Virus record (IMG/VR): IMGVR_UViG_3300019776_000324
Location: 186,001 to 250,000 of that record
DNA: 64,000 nt
Reading direction: 5' to 3' (one strand)
This document shows positions 1 to 8,548 of this stretch, in pieces. The translations under genes were made by a program, and so were the position numbers. Position 1 is the first letter of the stretch; each line of letters starts with the position of its first letter. Below the pieces are notes generated by a model, which saw only the letters and a program-made list of their open reading frames with translations, made no database searches and was not told the DNA's origin.

Positions 1-210
1 GGCAACTATGGTTACAATGCCGCAACCGGTACATACGGCGACATGGTAGAACAAGGTGTTATTGATCCTACTAAAGTTACCAAGACTGCTTTGGTCAATG
101 CCGCAAGTATTGCTGGTTTGATTCTTACCACAGACTGTTCAATTGCACAGATCCCTGCCAAAGAAGGCCAGGCTCAACCGCAAATGGGTGGCATGGGCGG
201 TATGATGTAA
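1..210 (+). CDS. groL: Chaperonin GroEL, C-terminal fragment (gene starts before the window)
   Basis: Frame 1 reads [46 protein letters not shown]...QMGGMGGMM*, the GroEL C-terminus with GGM tail. Confidence 0.97.
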   Translation, partial: GNYGYNAATGTYGDMVEQGVIDPTKVTKTALVNAASIAGLILTTDCSIAQIPAKEGQAQPQMGGMGGMM

Positions 211-235
211 TTAGTAGTTAATTTGTAATAAATAT

Positions 236-298
236 TACTGTGGGTGCCGATGGTCGGGCCCACAGTATTATGTCACTTGCTTAATAAAGGAGAAAACA
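236..298 (+). promoter_or_regulatory. Structured 5' leader of hsp20: hairpin plus ROSE-like anti-SD element
   Basis: Stem TACTGTGGG(236-244)/CCCACAGTA(259-267) encloses GCCGATGGTCGG; then CTTGCT-taataa-AGGAG (UYGCU opposite the SD). Second copy at 18155-18209. Confidence 0.7.
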
Positions 299-742
299 AT
301 GACAAGACTTACAACTCTGGACCTCAGTCCATTCTATCGCAACTCAATCGGTGTAGACAAATTATTTGATCGTTTGCTTGGTCAAATTGATGCTGGCGGA
401 ACTACACAGAACTATCCACCATACAATATTGTAAAAACTGGCGACAACACCTACGAGATTCAAGTAGCTGTTGCTGGCTTTACGCAGGGTGAAGTTACTG
501 TAAATGTTAACGAAGGTAATTTGATTATCACTGGTGAGAAATTATCTAAAGAATTGCCAGAAGGTCATGTGTATGAGCATCAGGGCATCAGCGCCCGTCG
601 TTTTATGCACACATTTACCTTGGCTGACTATGTAGAAGTAACTAGCGCACTAAGCAAGGACGGTATTCTTACTGTCAAGCTAGAACGCCAAGTTCCTGAA
701 GCAATGAAGCCTAAAACTATTGCGATATCATACGAATCGTAA
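299..742 (+). CDS. Small heat shock protein (Hsp20/IbpA family)
   Basis: NYPPYNI, AVAGF, HQGISARRF, DGILTVKL and C-terminal I-x-I motifs; AGGAG SD. Confidence 0.95.
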   Translation: MTRLTTLDLSPFYRNSIGVDKLFDRLLGQIDAGGTTQNYPPYNIVKTGDNTYEIQVAVAGFTQGEVTVNVNEGNLIITGEKLSKELPEGHVYEHQGISARRFMHTFTLADYVEVTSALSKDGILTVKLERQVPEAMKPKTIAISYES

Positions 743-804
743 TATAATATAGTAAATACAGTGGAGGGCATACTGCTCTCCACTATAATAACAAAGGAAC
801 TTGT

Positions 805-1113
805 ATGTCACAAGCTGGAACAGTTACAAAAATAGAAGTTAATCAAATTCTTAAAGAACCTCCAATGTTTAAGGTGATCTATCTTAACGATAATCAAACC
901 AGTATGGAATTTGTAATTGAAACTCTATTAGACTTTTTTAATTATACTCCAGACACCGCAGTAAAAATTACCCAAGATATCCACGAACAAGGATCAGCAG
1001 TGGTAGCAGTATTGCCATATGAAGTTGCTGAACAAAAAGGCATCGAAGTAACAGTAAGTGCCCGCAGTCAAAATTATCCACTACAAGTTAAACTAGAGCC
1101 AGAATCGGCTTAA
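805..1113 (+). CDS. clpS: ATP-dependent Clp protease adaptor ClpS
   Basis: EPPMFKVIYLNDNQTSMEFV...IHEQGSAVV..YEVAEQK...YPL. Confidence 0.95.
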   Translation: MSQAGTVTKIEVNQILKEPPMFKVIYLNDNQTSMEFVIETLLDFFNYTPDTAVKITQDIHEQGSAVVAVLPYEVAEQKGIEVTVSARSQNYPLQVKLEPESA

Positions 1114-1234
1114 CAGAACAGTCCGGTCAAGCCTATGGGGTAGGAATACCTTATGCTCACTTTGATATAGCTAGAATTTACTAGTGAACTCTCGGGACGC
1201 CGAGTGCTACGGGCATCATGAGGGCGATAAGCCT

Positions 1235-2020
1235 TCACCTAATTTCAATACGCTTGGGATAATACGCCAGTTGAGAATACTCAGTGTCCCCACGACCTCG
1301 GCAGTTGTTTGTAAATCTAACTCCTGCAAAGTCACGGTCAACACTTTTATGATAGTGCCCAAAGCACCAAGTTTTAATTTTGTTTTCAGTATCTTCATCC
1401 AGCACTGACAACAAATGTCGATTGCCCATGCAATTAAATCTCCAGGTATCAACTAGTTCTAAATCATGATCTATAATCCATGATGCTGGCAGAGTATGAG
1501 TTACAATTATTATTGAATGTACATCTGGATGTGTTTGTAATCTAGCAACACTATTAATTAAATATACAGCATCATGATAAGCCACACCATTTATATTATT
1601 TGCTGCGGATAGAGTAATGTCATTCCTTTGTTGATACCATTCGATGGTTTGCGCAACTTCGATATTTGGATCAAAATCATAACACCACCATCCATTTGTG
1701 GCCAAGATAGCAACGCCATTGACAATAACTACATTGTCTTGCATGTAAACAACATTTGGAATATTACTAACTTGCTGAACTAACTCTTGATAGCTTGCTC
1801 CAAGATCTTCTAAAGTATAACGATGCTCATCGTTGCCATCAATATAAAATACAGCGGCATAGCATTGTCCTAAATGAGTTAGTACATCAACAAGAACACT
1901 GCGGTCTCTACACACATCTCCGGCCACGACACAATATGGGCTGGTAGCTTGTCCAGTCCAGTCGAACTCATCCCAGGTTTCGATGTGTAGGTCAGAAATT
2001 AAATCAAAGGCAAAAGTCAT
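1235..2020 (-). CDS. Calcineurin-like metallophosphoesterase
   Basis: DLH, GD, GNDEH, H and GHYH metal-binding motifs. Confidence 0.85.
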   Translation of the reverse strand: MTFAFDLISDLHIETWDEFDWTGQATSPYCVVAGDVCRDRSVLVDVLTHLGQCYAAVFYIDGNDEHRYTLEDLGASYQELVQQVSNIPNVVYMQDNVVIVNGVAILATNGWWCYDFDPNIEVAQTIEWYQQRNDITLSAANNINGVAYHDAVYLINSVARLQTHPDVHSIIIVTHTLPASWIIDHDLELVDTWRFNCMGNRHLLSVLDEDTENKIKTWCFGHYHKSVDRDFAGVRFTNNCRGRGDTEYSQLAYYPKRIEIR

Positions 2021-2045
2021 GATAACTATTTACAGGAGATTGACA

Positions 2046-2399
2046 ATGAACATAATTTTTGGTGACAATATAGCAGCACTTGAAGACAAGTACACAGTAT
2101 TAGAGTTAGATACCTTTCGTATCGGATCAGATGGTCCAGTTAATACTGCTTATTGTGTTTTGGAACTTATTCCCCTTGAAGAAATGGCTCTAGCTGAAAG
2201 TATGGTAGATTTACATCATAATCTTATGCAGGAGTACAAGAAGCGCAATTGGAACTATTGCGAGCAAGCCATGGAACAACTTATGGGCAAATGGAACGGC
2301 GAACTGGATACTTTTTATCAAGAACTAGAAAAACGCATCGGCAAGCTAAAAACCCTGGAGTTAACCAACGAATGGTCTCCTATAATTGAAAAAGTCTAA
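2046..2399 (+). CDS. Stand-alone paralogue of the C-terminal region of the adenylate cyclase at 5485-7533
   Basis: AGGAG SD before ATG 2046; aligns by eye with the last ~120 aa of the cyclase (e.g. LMGKWNGELDTFY vs LIGKFGGQMDKYY). Confidence 0.7.
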   Translation: MNIIFGDNIAALEDKYTVLELDTFRIGSDGPVNTAYCVLELIPLEEMALAESMVDLHHNLMQEYKKRNWNYCEQAMEQLMGKWNGELDTFYQELEKRIGKLKTLELTNEWSPIIEKV

Positions 2400-2424
2400 A
2401 AACCCTTAGTAATACCACTTAATT

Positions 2425-2462
2425 TCTTGCTCTAGATCCTATAAATATCAATAGGAGCGAGA
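2425..2462 (+). promoter_or_regulatory. T4-type late promoter TATAAATA (2440-2447) inside a hairpin that sequesters the csgF SD
   Basis: TCCTAT(2437-42)/ATAGGA(2451-56) and TCTTGCTC/GAGCGAGA arms flank TATAAATA. Confidence 0.65.
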
Positions 2463-2464
2463 GT

Positions 2465-2917
2465 ATGATAATAATAATAAGATTTACTCTGCTATGTATA
2501 ATTGCGATCTCCTTACAAGCCGTCGCAGTGTCAGCAGAACTGATTCATCAGTTTAACAGCCCCGCCTTCAGCGGAATTGGCTGGTCCAGTCATGTGCTAA
2601 CCATTGAGCAGATGGAAGCCGCACGGGCTCAAAAAATCAAAGACGAAAACAAGGCTGCGCAAGATAAAGCTGAGCGCGACGCTAAAAACACTAACTTGGC
2701 TAAGTTTTTAGTCAATGTGGAAAGTCGTATCTATGCACAATTATCCAAGCAACTAGCAGATGCCATGTTCAGTGATGGCGGAAATAGTGGTAACATGGAC
2801 TTTCAAGGTACAAATATCAATTGGGTTAAAACCGCAACTGATGTTACATTAACAATTACGGAAGCTGGCGGCGGTGTAACGCAGATAACAGTTCCGTTGG
2901 CGAGCTTTGCATTCTAA
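2465..2917 (+). CDS. csgF: Curli assembly protein CsgF-like
   Basis: Signal peptide, then AELIHQFNSPAFSG (cf. CsgF N-terminal FxFxNPxFGG); SRIYAQLSKQL; immediately upstream of csgG. Confidence 0.8.
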   Translation: MIIIIRFTLLCIIAISLQAVAVSAELIHQFNSPAFSGIGWSSHVLTIEQMEAARAQKIKDENKAAQDKAERDAKNTNLAKFLVNVESRIYAQLSKQLADAMFSDGGNSGNMDFQGTNINWVKTATDVTLTITEAGGGVTQITVPLASFAF

Positions 2918-3699
2918 TGAAACGGCTTGCTATACTCTTCTGCACACTAGCCCTCTCAGGTTGCGCTAATCTTCACATGATGGCCGCACAGGAAGAACCT
3001 GTGGTCGTTCAACCCAAAGAAAATTTAATGGCCAAACTACCTACACTAGAAGGCCCACCAATGACTGTAGCAGTGTATGGGTTCAAAGACCTAACTGGAC
3101 AAATGAAACCCAACGACAAACTAGCAGTATTCAGTAAGGCTGTTACGCAAGGTGCAGAAGTATTTTTAATTAAGAGTCTACAAGATTCTAGAGGATGGTT
3201 TAGAGTTGTTGAGCGTGTTGGACTTGACAACCTAATTAAAGAGCGTCAACTTATACGCAATCAGCGTGAAGTGTACGAAGGTAAAGATGCCAAAGCATTA
3301 AAGCCACTAACTGTGGCAGGTGTCTTGATTGAGGGCGGAGTTATTGGCTATGACAGCAATATACGCTCAGGTGGTAACGGTGCCAGATTTTTAGGCATCG
3401 GAGGCAGTCAACAATACAGAGTAGATGAAGTTACAGTTAGTCTTAGACTAATCAGTATTGCATCCGGCGAAGTATTGTTAACCAACGCTGTAAGTAAAAC
3501 CATTTACTCTACAGCACATGATGTAGGTGTACTAAAGTTTGTAGATAATGCAACCAAAGCATTGGAAATTGAAACTGGCACCGCATTAAATGAGCCCACG
3601 ACTTATGCAGTTCGTGTGGCCATTGAGCAGTCAGTTTACGAAATGATAGTAGACGGACAACGAAAGGGTCTTTGGAATTTTGTCCAAAGCAAAAACTAA
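2917..3699 (+). CDS. csgG: Curli secretion channel CsgG (outer-membrane lipoprotein)
   Basis: Lipobox LSGC; VAVYGFKDLTGQ, FSKAVTQG, WFRVVERVGLDNLIKERQLIR, IEGGVIGYDSNIRSGGNGARFLGIG, NEP motifs. Confidence 0.95.
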   Translation: MKRLAILFCTLALSGCANLHMMAAQEEPVVVQPKENLMAKLPTLEGPPMTVAVYGFKDLTGQMKPNDKLAVFSKAVTQGAEVFLIKSLQDSRGWFRVVERVGLDNLIKERQLIRNQREVYEGKDAKALKPLTVAGVLIEGGVIGYDSNIRSGGNGARFLGIGGSQQYRVDEVTVSLRLISIASGEVLLTNAVSKTIYSTAHDVGVLKFVDNATKALEIETGTALNEPTTYAVRVAIEQSVYEMIVDGQRKGLWNFVQSKN

Positions 3700-3700
3700 A

Positions 3701-4321
3701 ATGAAATCAAGTATGACAAGCGTTTGTAAGTTGCTGAGTAAATTACTTACTGTAGTAGGAATCGTAGCCATGGGTAGTGCGATGGCCAATGAAGTTTATG
3801 TCGAGCAAGTAGGCAGTGGATCTACAATTAACATATTACAAGAAGGTTCTGATAATAGAATTGGCACAAGTTTATCGCCAGCCTATATTGGGTCTGGATC
3901 TAATACAGTTAATATTGATCAAATTGGTGCCAACAATACCTTAGACATGGTGGTTAATGGATCATCAACAGATGTTACAGTATCAACCACTGGTAGTAAT
4001 AACACTCAAGAGATTCAGTGCGGTACGACTGGGTCATCTGGTTGCGGTGGTAGTGTAATTACTCAAACCATTACAGGAGATAACAATACTGTACGACAAC
4101 TGCTAGGTGCTGGTGCCAATCATACCAGTAATATTGCAGTAACAGGTGATACCAATACTGTTACTCATACTAGTACTGCCACAGGCACAACCTCGGCAGA
4201 TATTACTGTAACAGGAAACACTAATACAGTAGCAGTTACTCAATCAGGAATGTTGAATCATAGTGTCACGGTTAATAGTAGCGGTAACCTTAATAACATT
4301 AGCATTATTCAGCGAGACTAG
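3701..4321 (+). CDS. Secreted curlin-like (CsgA/CsgB-type) beta-solenoid repeat protein
   Basis: Signal peptide ending AMA-NE; repeated (Q/T)-x-G-x-x-N strands rich in G/S/N/T/Q; lies directly after csgG. Confidence 0.75.
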   Translation: MKSSMTSVCKLLSKLLTVVGIVAMGSAMANEVYVEQVGSGSTINILQEGSDNRIGTSLSPAYIGSGSNTVNIDQIGANNTLDMVVNGSSTDVTVSTTGSNNTQEIQCGTTGSSGCGGSVITQTITGDNNTVRQLLGAGANHTSNIAVTGDTNTVTHTSTATGTTSADITVTGNTNTVAVTQSGMLNHSVTVNSSGNLNNISIIQRD

Positions 4322-5348
4322 TATATCAGCGGTAGGGAAAGTTACAGAACAAACTGGCCCTACCGAGATAGTTAGAAACAAAAAGTCCTCGCCGAGTGCG
4401 GTTAATGCGCCAGTCGAAATGAACGACACTATCATTACGGCCAAGGCAAAGGCAAAATTAACATTTGAAGATAACACCACAATAAACATTACAGAACAAA
4501 GTAAAGTATTGATTGATGACTTTGTTTATGATCCAAAGAACAAAGATGCTGGCAAACTGTCAATGAAGATGGTACAAGGTACAGCTCGATATGCGTCAGG
4601 ACAGATTGCTAAAAACAATCCTCAGGCAGTAAACATACAAACACCCACAGCTACAGTAGCAGTGCGTGGCACAGATTTCTCAATGACAGTAGATGAACTA
4701 GGTCGTAGTCTTGTTATGTTGTTACCAAGTTGCGATAAGAAAGGTTGTGTTACTGGAGCAATTAGTGTGAGTAATGAAGCTGGTACAGTATTTCTTGATG
4801 TGGCATTTCAGGCCACATTAGTTACTAGTATTTCAGTACCGCCACAGGCACCAGTAATAGTAACTATTGATACTGCTAACATTAATAACTTGTTGATTGT
4901 TAGCCCTCCTAAGGAAGTAGTTAAAGACACAAATGAAAACTCTCAGAAAACTGCACTTGATATAAACTTCTTAAACAAAGATCTACTCAAGTACAATGAA
5001 TTAGATAAAAACGAATTGGAAAAATTTAGATCCTTGGACATTAACTTTTTAGATGTAGACTTATTGGTAAACCTATTAGACCTAAGCACTGCACAACTAT
5101 CAGCCAGTCAAGAACAACTGTCTAACGAAGCTTCGTTGTTACCAAAGTATTCGCCAGCTTCTGGAATAACTTACTATTTTAGTGATGACGAAAGTAAAGT
5201 AATTCTTCGTAAAGTTACCACACATATTGCAGAAGTTACTGTACCTGTAGACCACGATGTTGTAATTAATATCACGCAGGATGGTACAGCAGTAACACAG
5301 CAAGTCAATCGCGGTGGAACATCAGTTATCAATATCATTCAGCGTTAG
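4263..5348 (+). CDS. Exported FecR-domain protein
   Basis: Signal peptide; VGKVTE..G, DTIIT, LTFEDNTTINITEQSKVLIDDFVYDP, TPTATVAVRGTDF motifs. Confidence 0.85.
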   Translation: MSRLIVAVTLITLALFSETSISAVGKVTEQTGPTEIVRNKKSSPSAVNAPVEMNDTIITAKAKAKLTFEDNTTINITEQSKVLIDDFVYDPKNKDAGKLSMKMVQGTARYASGQIAKNNPQAVNIQTPTATVAVRGTDFSMTVDELGRSLVMLLPSCDKKGCVTGAISVSNEAGTVFLDVAFQATLVTSISVPPQAPVIVTIDTANINNLLIVSPPKEVVKDTNENSQKTALDINFLNKDLLKYNELDKNELEKFRSLDINFLDVDLLVNLLDLSTAQLSASQEQLSNEASLLPKYSPASGITYYFSDDESKVILRKVTTHIAEVTVPVDHDVVINITQDGTAVTQQVNRGGTSVINIIQR

Positions 5349-5441
5349 CTCCTGAGTAAGTATGCCGTTTATATTTTACGATTAATTCTTAAATAGAATG
5401 CAGGCATTATAACTAAAACAAGCCGGCTACGAAGGATTTTT

Positions 5442-5472
5442 AAGTACCCACTTTATTGTGGGTATTTTTTTC
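5442..5472 (+). terminator. Intrinsic terminator after the FecR gene
   Basis: TACCCAC-tttatt-GTGGGTA followed by a T-tract. Confidence 0.65.
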
Positions 5473-5484
5473 ATTAAATACTCT

Positions 5485-7533
5485 ATGCTTAAAAAAATAA
5501 TAACAAGTCCTTGGACAGCATTACTAACATTGGCACTAGTAGTTGGATTGCGTGTAGCAGATCCTACTTTTGTTGAAAGCGTTCGTCTGCGCTACTTTGA
5601 CACACTAGTAACTAGTAAACCTGCAGAGGTCATTGGAGTTAGTGTTGTAAACATAGACGAGAAAGCCTTAGAAAAATATGGTCAATTCCCTTTCAGTCGC
5701 GATATCTACGCTTCCGTTATTCGAGAACTTTATCGTCGTAACGCTGGTCTGGTGGTTTTTAATATTCTTACTCCTGATCGCGATCGTATGGGTCAGGATC
5801 AATCTTATATCCAAGCACTCAGACAGTTCCCAACCATCCTACCTAGTATTGGATCTACACAAACAAGAAACCAACCAAGAAACCCAGGAACGATTATAAT
5901 TGGACCATACCAAAATCAAATAGTTACATATCCTGGAATTATTGCCAACATACCTGCTGTTGAAAATGCAGCTGCTGGAGTTGGAATTGTAAACACTTTT
6001 CCAGAAGTTGACGGAGTAGTAAGACGCATGCCGTTGGTAGTAATGAGCGATCAAAAACTTTATCCTGGTATGGCCATGGAAGTGTTGCGTGTAGCAGCAG
6101 GAGACTCGACATTCCAGGTTAAACTAAACGAGAATGGTGTAGAGAAAATGCGCATTCCAAAGTTTGGACCTATTGCTACTGATAGTTTAAGTCGTATTTG
6201 GATTGACTGGAGTTTGGTTCCGGACAAGTATAGTTTAACCAATCTGCCAGATGATTTTGAAGGTGAAATAGTTATTGTGGGTGTGTCAGCCCAAGGATTA
6301 AGTAATCCAGTAGCAACAAGCATGGGTGAAATGCTACCACAAGATTTACAAGCAGCAGTATTAGGCACAGTAATAGCAAATAAAGATCGACCTGCTATCA
6401 CTCGCCCAGATTGGGCCGATGGCGCTGAAATTATATTTGTGTTAGTGGCAGGTATTTTATTATTATTTTTATCAAGGTGGGTTTATGTTGGACTTTGTGC
6501 ATCTGTTGTTATACTCGGCGGGAGTTTACTATTTTCTAGTTGGGCTTATGGAAGTCTCGCTTGGCTTGTGGACGCAACTGTTCCGGTCGCTGGTCTTGTC
6601 ATTGTGCTTCTTCATGCTTATGGTGTTAAGTTTGTAAGTGAGTTCTTACAGAAGCAAGCGATCAAGAAACAGTTTGCTGGCTACTGCTCTAAAGAAGTTG
6701 TGGATATGTTGCAGAAGGATCCAGACTTGATCAAGCGTGGTGTGCGTAAGGATGTAAGTGTTATGTTTAGTGACCTGCGTGGCTTTACTCCTATTGGTGA
6801 ACACTACGGTGATGATGTTGCTGGACTTGGCAAGTACATGAACGGCTATATGGATGCTATTAGTCAGCCTATCATGGACAACAAAGGCATGGTTATCAAG
6901 TATGTAGGAGATGCAAGTATGCATATTCACGGTGCTCCTATTGAAGATCCTAATCACGCAAGAACAATCGTTGCTGTCGGTCTACAAATGTTAGATGCTG
7001 TAGACGAGTACACTAAGCTAATGGAAGCACAAGGCTTACCTCCTGCGGCAATGGGCTGGGGTTGTAACTCGGGCATTGGCTTTATTGGCGAAATGGGAAG
7101 CACAGATAGACACAGCTATGACATTTTAGGTGATATGGTTAGTACGGCGGCACGATTAGAAGCTCGTTGCAAAGCATATGGTGTACTATGTATTATTGGT
7201 GCTGAAACTTACAATCGTACCAAAGATGATTTCTTCTACCTGTTGTTAGATAACTTACAACCAAAAGGTAAAACTGTGGCAGACTTGATCTACACAGTAT
7301 TACGCACCAAAGGCGCAGACTACACCAAAGAACTATCAACACATAACAAGATGCATGCATTATACAAAGAGAAAAATTTTGATGCGGCCGCTATCTTATG
7401 TGGAGAATTAATTGGTAAGTTTGGCGGACAAATGGACAAGTACTATAAGATTTGGATCGAGCGTTGCGAGTTTATGAAAGAACAGAACTTACCAGAAAAC
7501 TGGAATGGTGAATTTGTAGCGCACGAAAAATAA
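5485..7533 (+). CDS. CHASE2-domain membrane-bound class III adenylate/guanylate cyclase
   Basis: N-terminal TM; CHASE2 (IDEKALEKYGQFPFSR, DGVVRRMPL); three TMs; cyclase motifs MFSDLRGFT, KYVGDA, GEMGS, YDILGDMVSTAARLE. Start placed at ATG 5485 (ORF track 5458). Confidence 0.92.
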   Translation: MLKKIITSPWTALLTLALVVGLRVADPTFVESVRLRYFDTLVTSKPAEVIGVSVVNIDEKALEKYGQFPFSRDIYASVIRELYRRNAGLVVFNILTPDRDRMGQDQSYIQALRQFPTILPSIGSTQTRNQPRNPGTIIIGPYQNQIVTYPGIIANIPAVENAAAGVGIVNTFPEVDGVVRRMPLVVMSDQKLYPGMAMEVLRVAAGDSTFQVKLNENGVEKMRIPKFGPIATDSLSRIWIDWSLVPDKYSLTNLPDDFEGEIVIVGVSAQGLSNPVATSMGEMLPQDLQAAVLGTVIANKDRPAITRPDWADGAEIIFVLVAGILLLFLSRWVYVGLCASVVILGGSLLFSSWAYGSLAWLVDATVPVAGLVIVLLHAYGVKFVSEFLQKQAIKKQFAGYCSKEVVDMLQKDPDLIKRGVRKDVSVMFSDLRGFTPIGEHYGDDVAGLGKYMNGYMDAISQPIMDNKGMVIKYVGDASMHIHGAPIEDPNHARTIVAVGLQMLDAVDEYTKLMEAQGLPPAAMGWGCNSGIGFIGEMGSTDRHSYDILGDMVSTAARLEARCKAYGVLCIIGAETYNRTKDDFFYLLLDNLQPKGKTVADLIYTVLRTKGADYTKELSTHNKMHALYKEKNFDAAAILCGELIGKFGGQMDKYYKIWIERCEFMKEQNLPENWNGEFVAHEK

Positions 7534-7534
7534 T

Positions 7535-7948
7535 CTAATTTACAGGCACACGAAGATGCACAGCTATGGCGCTGGCACCACCTGCATTAACTTGTGGAAT
7601 AGCGATAGCACATAGATAACTGTAACAAACTTCAGGAAATGCCATGGGTGCAATCTTGTAGGAATTATATCCTGTTACTAGTCCAGCACCAATGCCTATG
7701 TCCCAAGGCCCGTCCTTATATAAAGCATAACGAGCATAACCATAGGTGCTGCCACGATACTCGCTATTGCGATACCAACCACCAGCAACTGACCAACTGT
7801 CTGTAATAGTTTGTTCAAGGCCTGCTCCGTAATTAAATCCATTGAACCCAGGGCGGTCATGCACACTGGCTCCGTTGACTTGGATATATGTTTCTGCTAA
7901 TGATAGATTGCATACTGCTATTAACAGCATAGCTACAAGTGTTTTCAC
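7535..7948 (-). CDS. Small outer-membrane beta-barrel, PagP-like
   Basis: Signal peptide; SVH..FNGFNYGAGLE, GGWYRNSEYRGSTY, GAGLVTGY pattern of alternating beta-strands. Confidence 0.55.
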   Translation of the reverse strand: MKTLVAMLLIAVCNLSLAETYIQVNGASVHDRPGFNGFNYGAGLEQTITDSWSVAGGWYRNSEYRGSTYGYARYALYKDGPWDIGIGAGLVTGYNSYKIAPMAFPEVCYSYLCAIAIPQVNAGGASAIAVHLRVPVN

Positions 7949-7956
7949 ACTTTTAC

Positions 7957-8253
7957 TTATTTGTCTTTTTTAACGACTTCGTTAATTTGTGATTCAGCTT
8001 CTACACGCTCGTGCTCGATGGTCTTGCCGCGTAGGTGTAATACTGTGTTTACTTTTTGATTTAAACGAATTAAATCATTATCCAGCATGCGGATACGATC
8101 AATAAGAGCAATAAGAACTGTATTGGCGTCATTGATAACTGGCTTAACTTCTGTAGTAGCCCAAATCCAAACATATTTAATAATCATCCCCATTCCGACG
8201 GCCATAACAATTGGAAAGCCGTATTTGTTTACTAAGTTTACTATTTCGCCCAT
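7957..8253 (-). CDS. Small membrane protein (GFPI motif, single TM plus coiled coil; holin/YvrJ-like)
   Basis: NKYGFPIVMAVGMG...ALIDRIRMLDNDLIRL; paralogue of 8883-9164. Confidence 0.55.
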   Translation of the reverse strand: MGEIVNLVNKYGFPIVMAVGMGMIIKYVWIWATTEVKPVINDANTVLIALIDRIRMLDNDLIRLNQKVNTVLHLRGKTIEHERVEAESQINEVVKKDK

Positions 8254-8254
8254 T

Positions 8255-8449
8255 TTATTTCTTCCACGGTGATGATGCACCGCCCTTTTCTAGTCTATCT
8301 ATTTTTTTCTGTAAGTCTTTATTAAGTTTGACCCATTGCTTGCCATTTTCAATTGCTTCGTTTAGTGTTAACAAAGCATACATGCTTATAATAATAGCAA
8401 TGCCACCCATGATAAAGCCAATAAACGCATAAGTTACTTCTAACATCAT
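8255..8449 (-). CDS. Hypothetical membrane protein
   Basis: Hydrophobic N-terminus from MMLEVTYAF, then coiled coil. Confidence 0.45.
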   Translation of the reverse strand: MMLEVTYAFIGFIMGGIAIIISMYALLTLNEAIENGKQWVKLNKDLQKKIDRLEKGGASSPWKK

Positions 8450-8548
8450 GCTAACAACCCTACAATAACTCCAGCAACAAACGCTATCAGCGCAAACTTG
8501 GCCAAATCCCAATCGGTCCAAATTTGTTTAATGGGTAATGCATAAGGA

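Noticed and set aside
1114-1145. CCGGTCAAGCC resembling a twister ribozyme core
   Set aside because: The required pseudoknot pairings and flanking conserved residues could not be assembled
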